A DNA stretch of 62,925 bases, counting the filler, from Licmophora abbreviata (taxonomy: Eukaryota), in the NCBI GenBank assembly GCA_900291995.1. It is 25 parts of 25 records of this genome, joined end to end, with 100 filler letters (N's around TTAATTAATTAA, not from the genome) between each part and the next. Parts side by side here need not be neighbours in the genome. Positions count along the whole stretch, not along the records: positions 18,349 to 24,467 come from OLMU01002872.1; positions 24,568 to 26,448 come from OLMU01002873.1; positions 26,549 to 30,910 come from OLMU01002874.1; positions 31,011 to 32,909 come from OLMU01002875.1; 21 more parts are not named here. One strand, given 5' to 3'. The notes beneath the pieces are model-generated. The model was not told where the DNA came from. It worked only from the letters and a program-made list of their open reading frames with translations, and made no database searches. The position numbers and the translations under genes are program-made. Shown piece by piece: positions 22,359 through 32,723 of this stretch; the first letter of the stretch is position 1, and every line of letters begins with the position of its first letter.

Positions 22359-22549
22359 TTCTTGCGAACACACTCGTCCCAGAAGTCATAAACCGCCATG
22401 GCGCAGACGAAGATGGCGATCAACATAAAGGGCAAACCGCCCATGAAACCTGCGAACCCCGAAGAGATACTCTGCGACAGGCCACCGATAAACACGCAGA
22501 GCAGCGCCGTTCCGATCAGTCCCGCGATCAGTTTCACTGTATATGACAT
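22355..22549 (-). CDS. Small 2-TM membrane protein
   Basis: RBS GGAGG; ATGA overlap with the downstream dehydrogenase. Confidence 0.7.
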   Translation of the reverse strand: MSYTVKLIAGLIGTALLCVFIGGLSQSISSGFAGFMGGLPFMLIAIFVCAMAVYDFWDECVRKK

Positions 22550-22561
22550 CTCAGTTCCTCC

Positions 22562-23902
22562 CTATTCAGCTGCGTCAGAAAGATATTTCTGCAGCCAGCG
22601 CGCAGTGCGCAGTAGACGGTCATCTTTTTCAGCTGGGCCAATCAGTTGCACCCCGATGGGCAGCCCGTGTTCTCCAACCAGCAACGGCAAGCTGACACAC
22701 GGCAGGCCCGCCAATGTCCAGAGCGTGCAAAAGATCGGATCGCCCGTGCCTTCCCCGAACAAAGGCGCTTCTCCGGCGGCGGAGGGTGCAATGATGGCAT
22801 CGTAATCAAGGAGGAAATTGGCGAAAAACGCTTCGGCCGAGGCTTTCACGGCCAGCGCATCTTCGTACTCGTCCTTGGAGATCTGCCGAGCGCGCGTGAT
22901 AATCGGCTGGAGCGTCGGGCTTATCTGATCCCAATGCGCGTCAAAAACATCTGCCTGATGTTTCGCAATCTCGTATTCATGGATACGGGCTTGCACGGCA
23001 ACAAGGTTGGACAACGTATCAGCCGGTTCCATTCTCGTCACTTTCGGCCCGAGAATTTCAAGAACGGCTTCGAGGCCCTCGCGCGCATCACCCGCCAGCC
23101 TGTCATTGAATGGCAGCTCGAACCAAGCAAACTCGGGCTCTACCAAGACATCGGCTCGTGCACCCGTCAACATGTCAGGGCGCGGACGTGGATAGCTGAC
23201 GGGATCCGTTTGATCGTAGCACCCAATCGCATCCGTCAGCAGGGCGACATCATCTAGGCTGCGACCGAAACAGCCGACCTGATCGAGCGAAACCGAGGTT
23301 TGCAGCAGTCCCGCCCGCGAGATCACCCCACGGGTCGGTTTGAAACCAAATGCTCCGCAAAACGACGCCGGCCGGATAACCGATCCATTGGTCTGCGTGC
23401 CCACCGACAAGGGCACATGGCACGCGGCCACGGCGGCAGCCGATCCACTGGATGACCCACCAGGGCTGCGATTTGCATCATGCGGATTGCGCGTTTCATT
23501 TGCATGCACGAACGCCATTTCCGTGGTCACGGTCTTGCCCATGATCACGGCACCCGCATCGCGCAACCGCTCCACCAACCGGGCGGAATGATCGGTCTGA
23601 CGACCGGCAAAGATCGGGGTGCCACGCTGCGTCGGCATCTCTTTGGTGTCGATGATGTCCTTCAACCCCACAGGGATACCGTGCAGCGGGCCTGTCGCCA
23701 GGCCCGCCTTACGGATCCGATCACATTCCGCAGCCTGTTCGAGGGCCATATCGGCATCAATAAACGCCCAAGCCTTGATCGTGCTGTCTGTCGCTTCGAT
23801 TTGCGCAAGACAGGACTTCACAAGCTCAACGGAACTCAGGCGTCCAGAAGAGATAACGGCCAACGCATCGGTTGCAGTCAGTTTATAGCTGTCGCGGATC
23901 AT
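22562..23902 (-). CDS. Amidase-signature family enzyme
   Basis: GPLHGIPVGLKD, PGGSSSGSAAAVA and GTQTNGSVIRPAS motifs. Confidence 0.93.
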   Translation of the reverse strand: MIRDSYKLTATDALAVISSGRLSSVELVKSCLAQIEATDSTIKAWAFIDADMALEQAAECDRIRKAGLATGPLHGIPVGLKDIIDTKEMPTQRGTPIFAGRQTDHSARLVERLRDAGAVIMGKTVTTEMAFVHANETRNPHDANRSPGGSSSGSAAAVAACHVPLSVGTQTNGSVIRPASFCGAFGFKPTRGVISRAGLLQTSVSLDQVGCFGRSLDDVALLTDAIGCYDQTDPVSYPRPRPDMLTGARADVLVEPEFAWFELPFNDRLAGDAREGLEAVLEILGPKVTRMEPADTLSNLVAVQARIHEYEIAKHQADVFDAHWDQISPTLQPIITRARQISKDEYEDALAVKASAEAFFANFLLDYDAIIAPSAAGEAPLFGEGTGDPIFCTLWTLAGLPCVSLPLLVGEHGLPIGVQLIGPAEKDDRLLRTARWLQKYLSDAAE

Positions 23903-25128
23903 GGAATATATGGGCCAAAGAGGTAGTCCGGGAACCAAAGCGCGATGCCGGGGAAGATATACATCAAGACCATCGTCAAGATCACAATTCCAAGATACGG
24001 CATGATCCCGGCAAAGATCTCCATCAGCTCGATCTTGTTTTTAAGCACCCCTTTTAGATAGTAGGCCGACATGGCCATTGGTGGGGTCAGGAACGAGGTT
24101 TGCAGGTTCAACGCGATCAGCATGGCAAAGAAGTACGGATTCACTCCGAACACTTCGAGAAGCGGCAGGAAGATCGGCACGAAGATGATCAGGATCTCTG
24201 ACCATTCCAGCGGCCAGCCAAGCAGGAAGATGATGATCTGGGCAAGGACCAGGAATTGCCACGGCTCCAGATCCATTCCGCCGACCCAATGCGCGATCAC
24301 ATCATGTCCGCCAAGATACGAGAACACCGACGCGAACGTCCACGAGCCGACGAACAGCCAGCACACCATCGCCGTGGACTTGGCCGTCAGAAACACGCTT
24401 TCCTTGAGCTTTGTCCATGTCATCGACCGATAGAGTATCGCCAGCACAATGCCACCCAAGGCCCCCANNNNNNNNNNNNNNNNNNNNNNNNNNNNNNNNN
24501 NNNNNNNNNNNTTAATTAATTAANNNNNNNNNNNNNNNNNNNNNNNNNNNNNNNNNNNNNNNNNNNNCCGCAACGGTGACAGGTCGGCAATCGCCGCATA
24601 GACGATCAGCATGATGGAGGGCGGGATCAGGATGCCCAATGTGCCCCCCGCGCAGATCACGCCGGATGCAAAGCTCTTGTTATAGTTTGCGTTCGCCATC
24701 GCCGGAAAGGCCAGCAGACCCATCAGCGTCACCACCGCGCCCACGATCCCCGATGCTGTCGAGAACACAGCACAGGTCAAAAGTGCCGCGATAGCAAGAC
24801 TGCCCGGCAGGTTACGCGCCGCCATGTAGAGCGAGAAGAACAGCTTGTCGATGATATTGGCGCGCTCGACGATATACCCCATGAACAAGAACAGGGGGAT
24901 GGCGACCAGGATCGGGTTTTCCATCACCGAATAGGTGTTCTGGTTCAGCAAATAGAAGATATTGTTATTGAAGATATCGCCGAACGTATCGACCGACCCA
25001 CTTTGGTGGTAGGCGTAGTATCCAAATGCAACGCCCATAGCGAGCAGCGTGAAGGCAATCGGAAACCCTAGAAGAACCAGGATAATAAACAGCCCAAGCA
25101 TGACCAGGGCGACTTCGGGATTTGTCAT
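23899..25128 (-). CDS. dctM: TRAP large permease (split by gap)
   Basis: LVAIPLFLFMG, GTLGILIPPS and QTSFLTPP motifs. Confidence 0.9.
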
Positions 25129-25160
25129 CTTTTTATCTCTCTAGAAGCGCTTAAGGCGGT

Positions 25161-25761
25161 TTATTTGTCAGACGGGCGGAAGGAGCTGATCACTTCCAGG
25201 TCGGCATCGGTCAGCAGGTCTTCGGTCTCTTTCACATCGACCAATCTCTCGGGCCAGACCCCGGTCCGCATCGCCATCACGCAACGCACCACTTCTGCCA
25301 AGCCTTGGACCGCGAGCAAACAACCCGCCAAGGGAATGAGAGATTTGAAGAAGTAAATCTGGATGCTGGCGGGGGCTGTTGAAGCTCACCTCTTTGTAGC
25401 GCCAGCTGTCGGACGCGATCTCGTATCCAAACCACGCCAAGGCTAGGATGCCCGGAAAGAAGAACAGGAAATACAGAAAGAAATCCAGGGTGGCCTGCAC
25501 CTTGACCGGAAACAAGCGGTACACGACGTCGGCGCGAACATGTGTGTCCTGAGCCAACGCATAAGCGCCGCACATCAAGAACAGCGCACCATACATCTGG
25601 ATCATCATGTCGAAGGCCCAGACCGTCGGCGCGTTGAGCACGTAACGTACAAAAACCTCGTACGAAACCGAAAGCGTAAGTATCAGGATGCACCATCCAA
25701 AGGCGCGACCTACCCAGAGGCTTAGCCCCTCAATGGCGTGAACGAATTTCATGAGGCTCAT
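25161..25761 (-). CDS. dctQ: TRAP small permease, +1 frameshift at homopolymer 25371-25375
   Basis: YEVFVRYVLNAPTVW and HVRAD. Removing one base restores NSPASIQIYFFKSLIP...QGLAE (span 601 nt). Confidence 0.85.
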
Positions 25762-25862
25762 GCTCCCTAGCGGATCGACTGTCATCTCCGTGCAAGGCGC
25801 CCTAGCACAGAAATGTCCGAGCGCCATAAGGACGCCCGGACATCTTATTCAGCGTAGTGCTA

Positions 25863-26950
25863 TCAACCGAAGTAGTGGTTGTAAGCCAGCTTGTAGTCAG
25901 GCTGGTTCAGGTTCAGGTAGTTCATCACATCCTTGGCATAGGCCTTCTGCGACTCCATCACCTTGGCGAAGAACGGGTCTTCTTCCGCAATACGGTTCGC
26001 GACGACGTCCCATGCCTCGAGCTGGGCTGCCAGAACCGAGTCGGGTGTGCGATAGACATTCACGCCGTCGGCTTCCTGCAGCTTGATCAGGTCATCCGAA
26101 TAACGCTTCGTGTTACCCCAGTAGAAACCGGAGTTTTCAGCCATCGATGCGTTCCGGATAATCGCCTGATGCTCAGGCGACAGCGCGTTGAACTTGTCCT
26201 TATTGAACGTCACCTCGAAGCATTCCTGGCTCTGGTGATAAGAGGCCAGGTGATAATGCTTGGACACGTCCTGCATGCCGAAGTCACGGTCAGACGTGGG
26301 GTTGTTGAATTCCGCGGCGTCGATCAGGCCGGATTTCATCGCCGGCTGGATTTCACCACCGGGCAGCTGAACAACGGACATACCCATTTCCAGAAGAACG
26401 TCAGCGGCAAGGCCAACCGTGCGGTACTTGAGGCCATTCATCTGGCTTNNNNNNNNNNNNNNNNNNNNNNNNNNNNNNNNNNNNNNNNNNNNTTAATTAA
26501 TTAANNNNNNNNNNNNNNNNNNNNNNNNNNNNNNNNNNNNNNNNNNNNTTCCTGACCACCGCCTGCGTGGACCCAGCCCAGCATTTCCTGGCTCGACCAG
26601 CCAAAGCACGGACCGGTTCCGAACAGCGACGCGGACTTGGACTTGCCATACCAGTAGGCCGACACGTAGTGCGCGGCATCAAGAACACCGCGGTGAACGG
26701 CGTCTTGCATCTGGCTGGTCTTGACCACCGAATCCACCGACAGAACTTCGATGACAAGCGAGCCGCCCGACATTTCGTTTACGCGGTTTGCAAAGGACTG
26801 AGCATTTTCAAGGAAGATGCCACCGCCCCATGCGGCCTGCATTTTCAGGGTCGTCGCGTCATTTGCCGCGATCGCGGGGGTTGCCAGAACAGCGGCACCA
26901 GCGACTGCACCGCCGCGCAGGAATTTTCTACGATTGATAGTATCTGTCAT
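25863..26950 (-). CDS. dctP: TRAP substrate-binding protein, TakP-like, Tat signal (split by gap)
   Basis: NRRKFLRGG Tat motif; DAVHRGVLDAAH; LPGGEI; IDAAEF. Confidence 0.88.
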
Positions 26951-27665
26951 GTTTCCTCCCAATATATGTAGTTGGTGTCTTACGCCCTCGAAGGGTCTGA
27001 CACTGTGGTCTGTTTTTGCGCCACGAGCAAGTAGCATGGGGGGCTGAAACTCCCAAGTCAGCCGCACATGACATCTCCTCCCGCGATCAGACGTAGTTTT
27101 AGAAGAATTGCGCAGGCAAACAAGCGTTTCATTTCAGATAAAATTCCACCATGTGAAATAAATGGAAACACGCAGAACCGATGATCAACGCATCCATTCC
27201 GAATTCAAACCAAGCTCTGAGACGGAAAAATCTGCATTAATATATATATTACAATAACTTATATAGGTTCATACATATTCATACATAGTCGTTGCGCGCA
27301 CAGCCCCGCCCCTATGAAACGGACAGCGCCAAAATCTAGCGATCAGGAAAGACCAATATTTTTGCGAAGACATTTCGCGCCTGACAGCGGCATAGAGCCC
27401 CTCAAGCTGCAGATGGATCCCAAGTTACCCGACAAGCGGGTGCAAAATACAGATGCGCCGCGACACGCGAAAGCTCTACCTTAAACGTGGCTTTACAGAT
27501 CGAGGCGAAATCATTTCGCGCAGCGCGTGCCCGCAAAACCTCGGTCATGAGCAAGGCCGACTGTTCCGTATAAACGTCAAGCAATTGCGCCCAACCAACC
27601 AGGAACAGGCGTTCTGCGTCCGGATCACTGAACCGGGCTCGCTTTCGGAAATTTAGCGAGGTGAA

Positions 27666-27679
27666 TGGTGCCCACACGG
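27666..27679 (-). repeat. Displaced tRNA-Thr 3' fragment (att site, 2 nt shorter in the C run)
   Basis: CCGTGTGGGCACCA versus CCGTGTGGGGGCACCA in the tRNA. Confidence 0.8.
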
Positions 27680-27740
27680 CAACCCAAATATACTTTAACC
27701 CATTGGAAGCAAGCCAGAAAAAATTCTATGAACTTTGGAA

Positions 27741-27760
27741 TGCCCCCAATAATGCCCCCA
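27741..27760. repeat. Integrase arm-type sites (TGCCCCCA x2, 12-bp period)
   Basis: Same pair and spacing as 49710-49729. Confidence 0.75.
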
Positions 27761-27958
27761 GAAGGCAGTATCGGCCCATTGCTGCCGTTCGCCCACCTTC
27801 GGTCCTGCCGCAGTGTGGCCCGTCGAACCGGCCATTTGCTGCAACCGCAAAATGCTTTGATGTGCGGATGGAGCAGTCGCTCGAACCCGCAACCCTCATG
27901 ATTGCTTTCCCGGTTTGTGACATTGCCAACGGTTCAAGCAGCGTATTAGTTTAAACAA

Positions 27959-28498
27959 ATGACCGCGGCGGTGCTCCTTGTAATTGTTGGCCTCTTGGCA
28001 CTCCACATCGCGTTTGGTGGGGAAGCGATGCCGTCGAGGCGACGGGTTAGTATTGCTGTTGCAGGTCTGGCAGCACTACCACTCACTTTCGGACCTTTCG
28101 TTCCGATCTCCCATTTCGTCTTCGAAGCTTCAAGTGGAGCAATACTCGTGGCTATGCAGGCCGTCGCAGCGCTGCTTTTAGTCTCACTTGTATGGCGTCT
28201 GGCCACACGATGGCAGGCCGAGACCAGCTCAGATTTCCAGGTGCTATGTGCTGCTATTCTGATTAGTCACACTATCTGGCTGGGAACATCAATCTGGATG
28301 TCAGGCTATGAGCGAGGACCGACACCGGAGGTCTGGGATTCGCCAATATACATCTTGGATTGGCTGGCGGCGCTAGCCGCATGTAGTCTTCTCGCTATTG
28401 CAGCATGGCGCATCCCGGAATCCGGGTTGATTTTCCGATTTCTGGTTGCCGTTTATCTGGTTCTACTGGTGACCTTGGCGTACGCAACACTTAGCTGA
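27959..28498 (+). CDS. Hypothetical multi-TM membrane protein (low GC)
   Basis: 179-aa ORF with about 6 hydrophobic helices and atypical codon usage. Confidence 0.6.
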   Translation: MTAAVLLVIVGLLALHIAFGGEAMPSRRRVSIAVAGLAALPLTFGPFVPISHFVFEASSGAILVAMQAVAALLLVSLVWRLATRWQAETSSDFQVLCAAILISHTIWLGTSIWMSGYERGPTPEVWDSPIYILDWLAALAACSLLAIAAWRIPESGLIFRFLVAVYLVLLVTLAYATLS

Positions 28499-28804
28499 AC
28501 GGGCAGTGTCAGAGCAACCTGACTTCAGGCTGGTTACCTGATCCATTGCGTCAGGCCGCAGAGATCATTGGGAACAAGATCAAAGACCGGGAAGCAGAAA
28601 CATAGGTGCCGTCTGTCGTAACGCACCAAGCTTCGAGTCGCTGAGGCAGATTCCTTGCCAAGCAACGGTTCGCAAGCTGTCACGCCAAGCTCAGCAACGG
28701 TCACAACGGCTCCCACATTCCCCAAGTAATTCGCTGAGCTCGCTGTCGCGAGCACGGTATTTCCATTATAAATCATAGCGTTGATGCAAAGAGAGGCGGG
28801 TTTC

Positions 28805-28969
28805 ATGGATCACCCAGAGGGTGCAGGCTCGCAGCGGGCAGATCGGGTGGAATTCGATCGCCGTATGCGGGTGGAGTTCCGGGGTGCGCAGATCAGTTCA
28901 GACGGCGGCCTGCTGGTGATACGCGAGCTCGATGACGCGCTCGGACTGTCGGGCCTTGCGTCAGCGGCT
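28805..28969 (+). pseudogene. IS1380-family transposase N-terminal remnant
   Basis: MDHPEGAG...RVEFRGAQISSDGGLLVIRELDDALGL, after which similarity stops. Confidence 0.8.
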
Positions 28970-29185
28970 CGCCAAACTCCGTGCGCTTCCGGGACCTCCA
29001 GCACCACGCAGGGCGAAAAACGCGTGATCAGCGCGCAGATTCTGGCAATCTTCACGCCGAACGGCATGCCACTTGGCGATTTTCCGCTCATACCCCTCGG
29101 CCGCTGCGCCGCTTCCGCCTCCCGCGTCGAACGCAAATTGATCTGGAACAATGCAATCGCCGGTTCCCTATGTTGCAATTAAAAG

Positions 29186-30259
29186 ATGGAGCGGGAGTCG
29201 CCACCAATCAACAAGACGGTTCTGTCGTCGCACACCATCGACACCTTCCGGCTGTCGGGGGACCAGTCGCGCGATATCCGGGAATACGTGGTCGCAGGGA
29301 CGTTCAGACTAGAGGATCCGCCCACTGGCCCCTCCAATCATGCGGTGAACACGCAGGTCTGGTTTCTGGAAGACATGGTCGTCGCGACCTCCAAAGCCGA
29401 AAGAAGCGTGCTCTACCGGACACCGGAACTGATCGAACGGAACCCGACCTCCGTGTTGAAGGTCCGAATGTATAGGTCTGGGTGCAGCCTGCTTGTGGAT
29501 CACGACCGTCAACAGGCCATCGGGCCGGAGGCCATCCACTTCATCGATCATGACCGCCCGCTCCGCCAGATCTCCACAGATCACGACCAGATGACCCTTG
29601 CCGTGCCCTACAGCGCCATCGATTACGATCCGTCGCGGCACCCGGCCTGTGTAAGCATCGCTCTGGAAACGGCGCAGGGCCGCTTGCTGCAGGCCGGATT
29701 GCAGTCCGTCTTCGCCGAGATCGGGGCCCTGTCGTCCTCGCAGGCGCCCGCCCTCGCCATGGCGATCAGAGGCCTTCTCCGTGGCGTGCTGGAAGGCTGC
29801 ACCGACAGCATCGACGACGGCAGCATCCAGCAGGCGAGGATCGCCGCCATGAAGCGTAGCATCGACCAGAAACTCGGTGACCCGGACCTAGGAATCGAGA
29901 CGCTGCTGAAGGATTTCGGCGCGTCGCGGTCGACGATCTATCGTGATTTCGCGGAGGATGGCGGACTCCAACGCTACATCCAAGACCGGCGCCTGCAGCG
30001 CGCGTTCCTGCTCCTGTCCGAGGCGGCTCCGGGCCGTGGTGTCGTTCAGGATGTGGCCACGCGATGCGGCTTTCTCTGCAACGCACATTTCAGCCGCAGC
30101 TTCCGTGCGCGGTACGGCGTTGCACCGAGCGACTCCATAGCGCGCTGGCGTCAGGCCGCGGAGGCGAGATGTGGTAGTGAAGAGCGTGCGTTGGCCGGTG
30201 ATCTGGCGGAGCGGACGGATATGGAAGCGATCAGGTGGTCATACGACCGCTTCAAGTGA
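29186..30259 (+). CDS. AraC-family transcriptional activator (paralog A)
   Basis: C-terminal FGASRSTIYRDF...GF...AHFSRSFRARYGVAPS double HTH. Confidence 0.92.
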   Translation: MERESPPINKTVLSSHTIDTFRLSGDQSRDIREYVVAGTFRLEDPPTGPSNHAVNTQVWFLEDMVVATSKAERSVLYRTPELIERNPTSVLKVRMYRSGCSLLVDHDRQQAIGPEAIHFIDHDRPLRQISTDHDQMTLAVPYSAIDYDPSRHPACVSIALETAQGRLLQAGLQSVFAEIGALSSSQAPALAMAIRGLLRGVLEGCTDSIDDGSIQQARIAAMKRSIDQKLGDPDLGIETLLKDFGASRSTIYRDFAEDGGLQRYIQDRRLQRAFLLLSEAAPGRGVVQDVATRCGFLCNAHFSRSFRARYGVAPSDSIARWRQAAEARCGSEERALAGDLAERTDMEAIRWSYDRFK

Positions 30260-30302
30260 GACCGGAAGCGCCGCGTCCGGCGAGCGGCGAGACTCCCGGC
30301 AA

Positions 30303-30626
30303 ATGGTATGGGAGTTTCTCATTGAACACGGTAGCTCGCAAGAATTGGCAGCCCGTGTTGCAGATCGCGCCATACACTCTGTTCTTGACGAACTGGAGTC
30401 CCCCGCTGAAACCGAACATCTCGACTATATTGTCGCGTTCTTCTTTGAGCGTTTAGCGAATGAACGGACTGCGGCATTTGCGGAGCATTTCGTGAACGGC
30501 TTGAAGGTGCTGAAAGCCGGCATGCAGCCCTGCGAGGCACCTGATCATGCTACTGGCGAGAGTCCCAGACAACAAAGATCGCGACTTGCATGCAACGACA
30601 TGCGCCGTTGGCTGCAATACACTTGA
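30303..30626 (+). CDS. Possible small hypothetical protein
   Basis: ORF with helical composition, but its 3' end overlaps promoter element P1. Confidence 0.3.
   Translation: MVWEFLIEHGSSQELAARVADRAIHSVLDELESPAETEHLDYIVAFFFERLANERTAAFAEHFVNGLKVLKAGMQPCEAPDHATGESPRQQRSRLACNDMRRWLQYT
30558..30623 (+). promoter_or_regulatory. Conserved operator/promoter P1
   Basis: GAGAG-TCCCAGA-CAA-N8-GCGAC-N7-CAACGACA-N17-TACACT upstream of the 30719 lipoprotein. Confidence 0.8.
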
Positions 30627-30718
30627 GCAGCGTCTCACGTTGAAGCGAAGTGTTCAGCTGACCATCGGTCGTGACGCGCAACAAGCGTGACGCGCATGCT
30701 ATGGGAAAGAAGCATCCA

Positions 30719-31140
30719 ATGTCATACACTTTCAAACTTGCGCTCGGCCTGGCGGCCGCGGCGGCCCTCGCCGGCTGCGTCGAAGACACGGGAAGCGCAT
30801 CGATCGCGCCCGTCGACCCGCCGTTCAGGACCACGTTCGATCCTTCGGTGAGCAGCACAGCCATCAACGCATGCCGCTCCGCGCTCGAAGCGGACACCGG
30901 CACCGCCGGCNNNNNNNNNNNNNNNNNNNNNNNNNNNNNNNNNNNNNNNNNNNNTTAATTAATTAANNNNNNNNNNNNNNNNNNNNNNNNNNNNNNNNNN
31001 NNNNNNNNNNCGAATTCTCGCAGGCCAATAGCGGGGTCTTCATGCGCGTCGGAGCCAACGGTGCGCCTTGGCGTTGCCTCGTGTCGAACGACGGACGCGG
31101 TCCGGAACTGATGTTCATGGGTAGCGAAGGCGCAGCCTGA
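30719..31140 (+). CDS. Small two-Cys lipoprotein A (split by gap)
   Basis: Lipobox LAGC; AINACRSAL...EFSQANSGVFMRVGANGAPWRCLVSNDG; paralog of 45084..45434. Confidence 0.85.
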
Positions 31141-31510
31141 GCCACCGGGACTGAAGTCACACGACCGGGTTTCGCTTGGTAAGATCCATCTTCTGACGGC
31201 TCGACCGGTCGGGTCACCTCGGGTGGTCTTTCGAAACGAGTCGCCCATATCCGAAAGACCTGGCCGTCGATCGACGGTTGCCATGCGCGTGAAACGAAGG
31301 AGGCGCCATTGGTGCCGTAGGGGATTTGCACCCCGATCACGGGCCACAGTCAGCGCTGTGATACGCGCGCCAGCCGTAGAGGGAAAGGGATGCAGCCTAA
31401 AGCGTTTCGCGAAAAGCCTGACCCACAGATTATCGCGACATGCAGTGCTTTGTTCAATCGTTGCACGCGTTCCGCCTTTAGCTGATGACTCAGGTTAAAG
31501 GCGGAATGCT

Positions 31511-32587
31511 TTAGTTGAAACGCTTGTATGCCCATTGCAGCGCCGCCACCGGACCGGGAAGAAGATTGGACTCACTCACCATGTCGCCGCTCGCGATTTG
31601 CATCTGGTCGAGCCGTTCGTTCCATTGTCCCAAGACGTCGCTCGGACGTTCGCCGAAGTGATCGCGGAAACTGCGGCTGAAATGAGCCAGCGTGACGAAC
31701 CCGCTGCGGTCGGCCACATCCTGAACCGCGCCGCGCAAGGGTGTCGCCTCGGACAGGATCCGGTAGGCGCGGTGGAGACGCCGCGAAAGGATGAAGTGCT
31801 GTAGGCCGCCATCTTCGCCGAAATCACGGTAGATCGTCGCGCGCGAAGCACCGAAGGCTTTCAGAAGCATTTCGATGCCAAGCTCGGGGTCCGCCAGGTT
31901 CCTGTCGATGAAAACCTTCATCGCCGCGATCCTTGCTTTACGGGTCGGTCCGTCCTGCTCGCTGTCCGTGTTGCCTGCGACAATGCCCTGCAGCAGACCG
32001 CCCAGAGCTGCGGCAAGACCGCCAGCCTCCGCCTGGTCAATGGTTCTGGCTTCTTCCAACGCAAGCCCCATACCCGCTTGCAGAAGCCGTCCCCGCGGTG
32101 TGTCCATGCCAATGCTGAACGTCGCCGGATGGAGCGAGGGGTCGTAGCCAATCAGGTGATAAGGCACCGTCAGAGTGAACTGTTCGTGATTGCTCGAAAT
32201 CTGTCGCCCGGCGCGGTCATGGTCGATAAAGTGGATGGCCCCGGTACCCAAAGTGCGCCGCTCGTCGCCATTGTCGAACAGGCTGTAGCCCGAGCGGTAT
32301 ATGCGCACCTTGACCACCGGCGTCGGGTTCCGGTCGATCAGGGCCTGCGTGCGGTGAACGGTGTTTGCCTCGGCCTTCAGCGCCGCAAGCAGGAGGTCGT
32401 CCAGAAACCACACCTGCGTCTTCACGCGGTGACCGCGATTTGCCGTGAATGGCCCCTCGAGATCGAAGGTTCCGTCCACGACATAACGCCAGAGTTCACG
32501 CGATCGTTCCGGCGCCATGTCGAAGGTATCCAGCGAATGGGTCGCCAAGGCAACGCCTGGTGCATGTGAAATCAAATTCATACGCAT
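31511..32587 (-). CDS. AraC-family transcriptional activator (paralog B)
   Basis: FGASRATIYRDF...AHFSRSFRDHFGERPS; colinear with paralog A over its full length. Confidence 0.92.
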   Translation of the reverse strand: MRMNLISHAPGVALATHSLDTFDMAPERSRELWRYVVDGTFDLEGPFTANRGHRVKTQVWFLDDLLLAALKAEANTVHRTQALIDRNPTPVVKVRIYRSGYSLFDNGDERRTLGTGAIHFIDHDRAGRQISSNHEQFTLTVPYHLIGYDPSLHPATFSIGMDTPRGRLLQAGMGLALEEARTIDQAEAGGLAAALGGLLQGIVAGNTDSEQDGPTRKARIAAMKVFIDRNLADPELGIEMLLKAFGASRATIYRDFGEDGGLQHFILSRRLHRAYRILSEATPLRGAVQDVADRSGFVTLAHFSRSFRDHFGERPSDVLGQWNERLDQMQIASGDMVSESNLLPGPVAALQWAYKRFN

Positions 32588-32723
32588 GACCCTCAGGAAC
32601 TGAAGTGGATGCAAAACCTCACCTCCCTAGTATCGAAAGATCAGACAGTCGCCAAGGAATAACCTGTAGCAACTAACGCGATGGCGCGGCGGCAGTATTC
32701 CAAATGGGGACTTCGGTTAAACC

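Noticed and set aside
25161..25761. dctQ as a true pseudogene
   Set aside because: A single extra base in a homopolymer within an otherwise intact operon; most likely sequencing error, as probably also the +1 shift in the kinase near 43218.
30288..30317. GAGACTCCC...GGGAGTTTC after araC A as a fifth operator copy
   Set aside because: Only a half-site with wrong spacing and no ACGACA-N17-TA; better explained as a hairpin.
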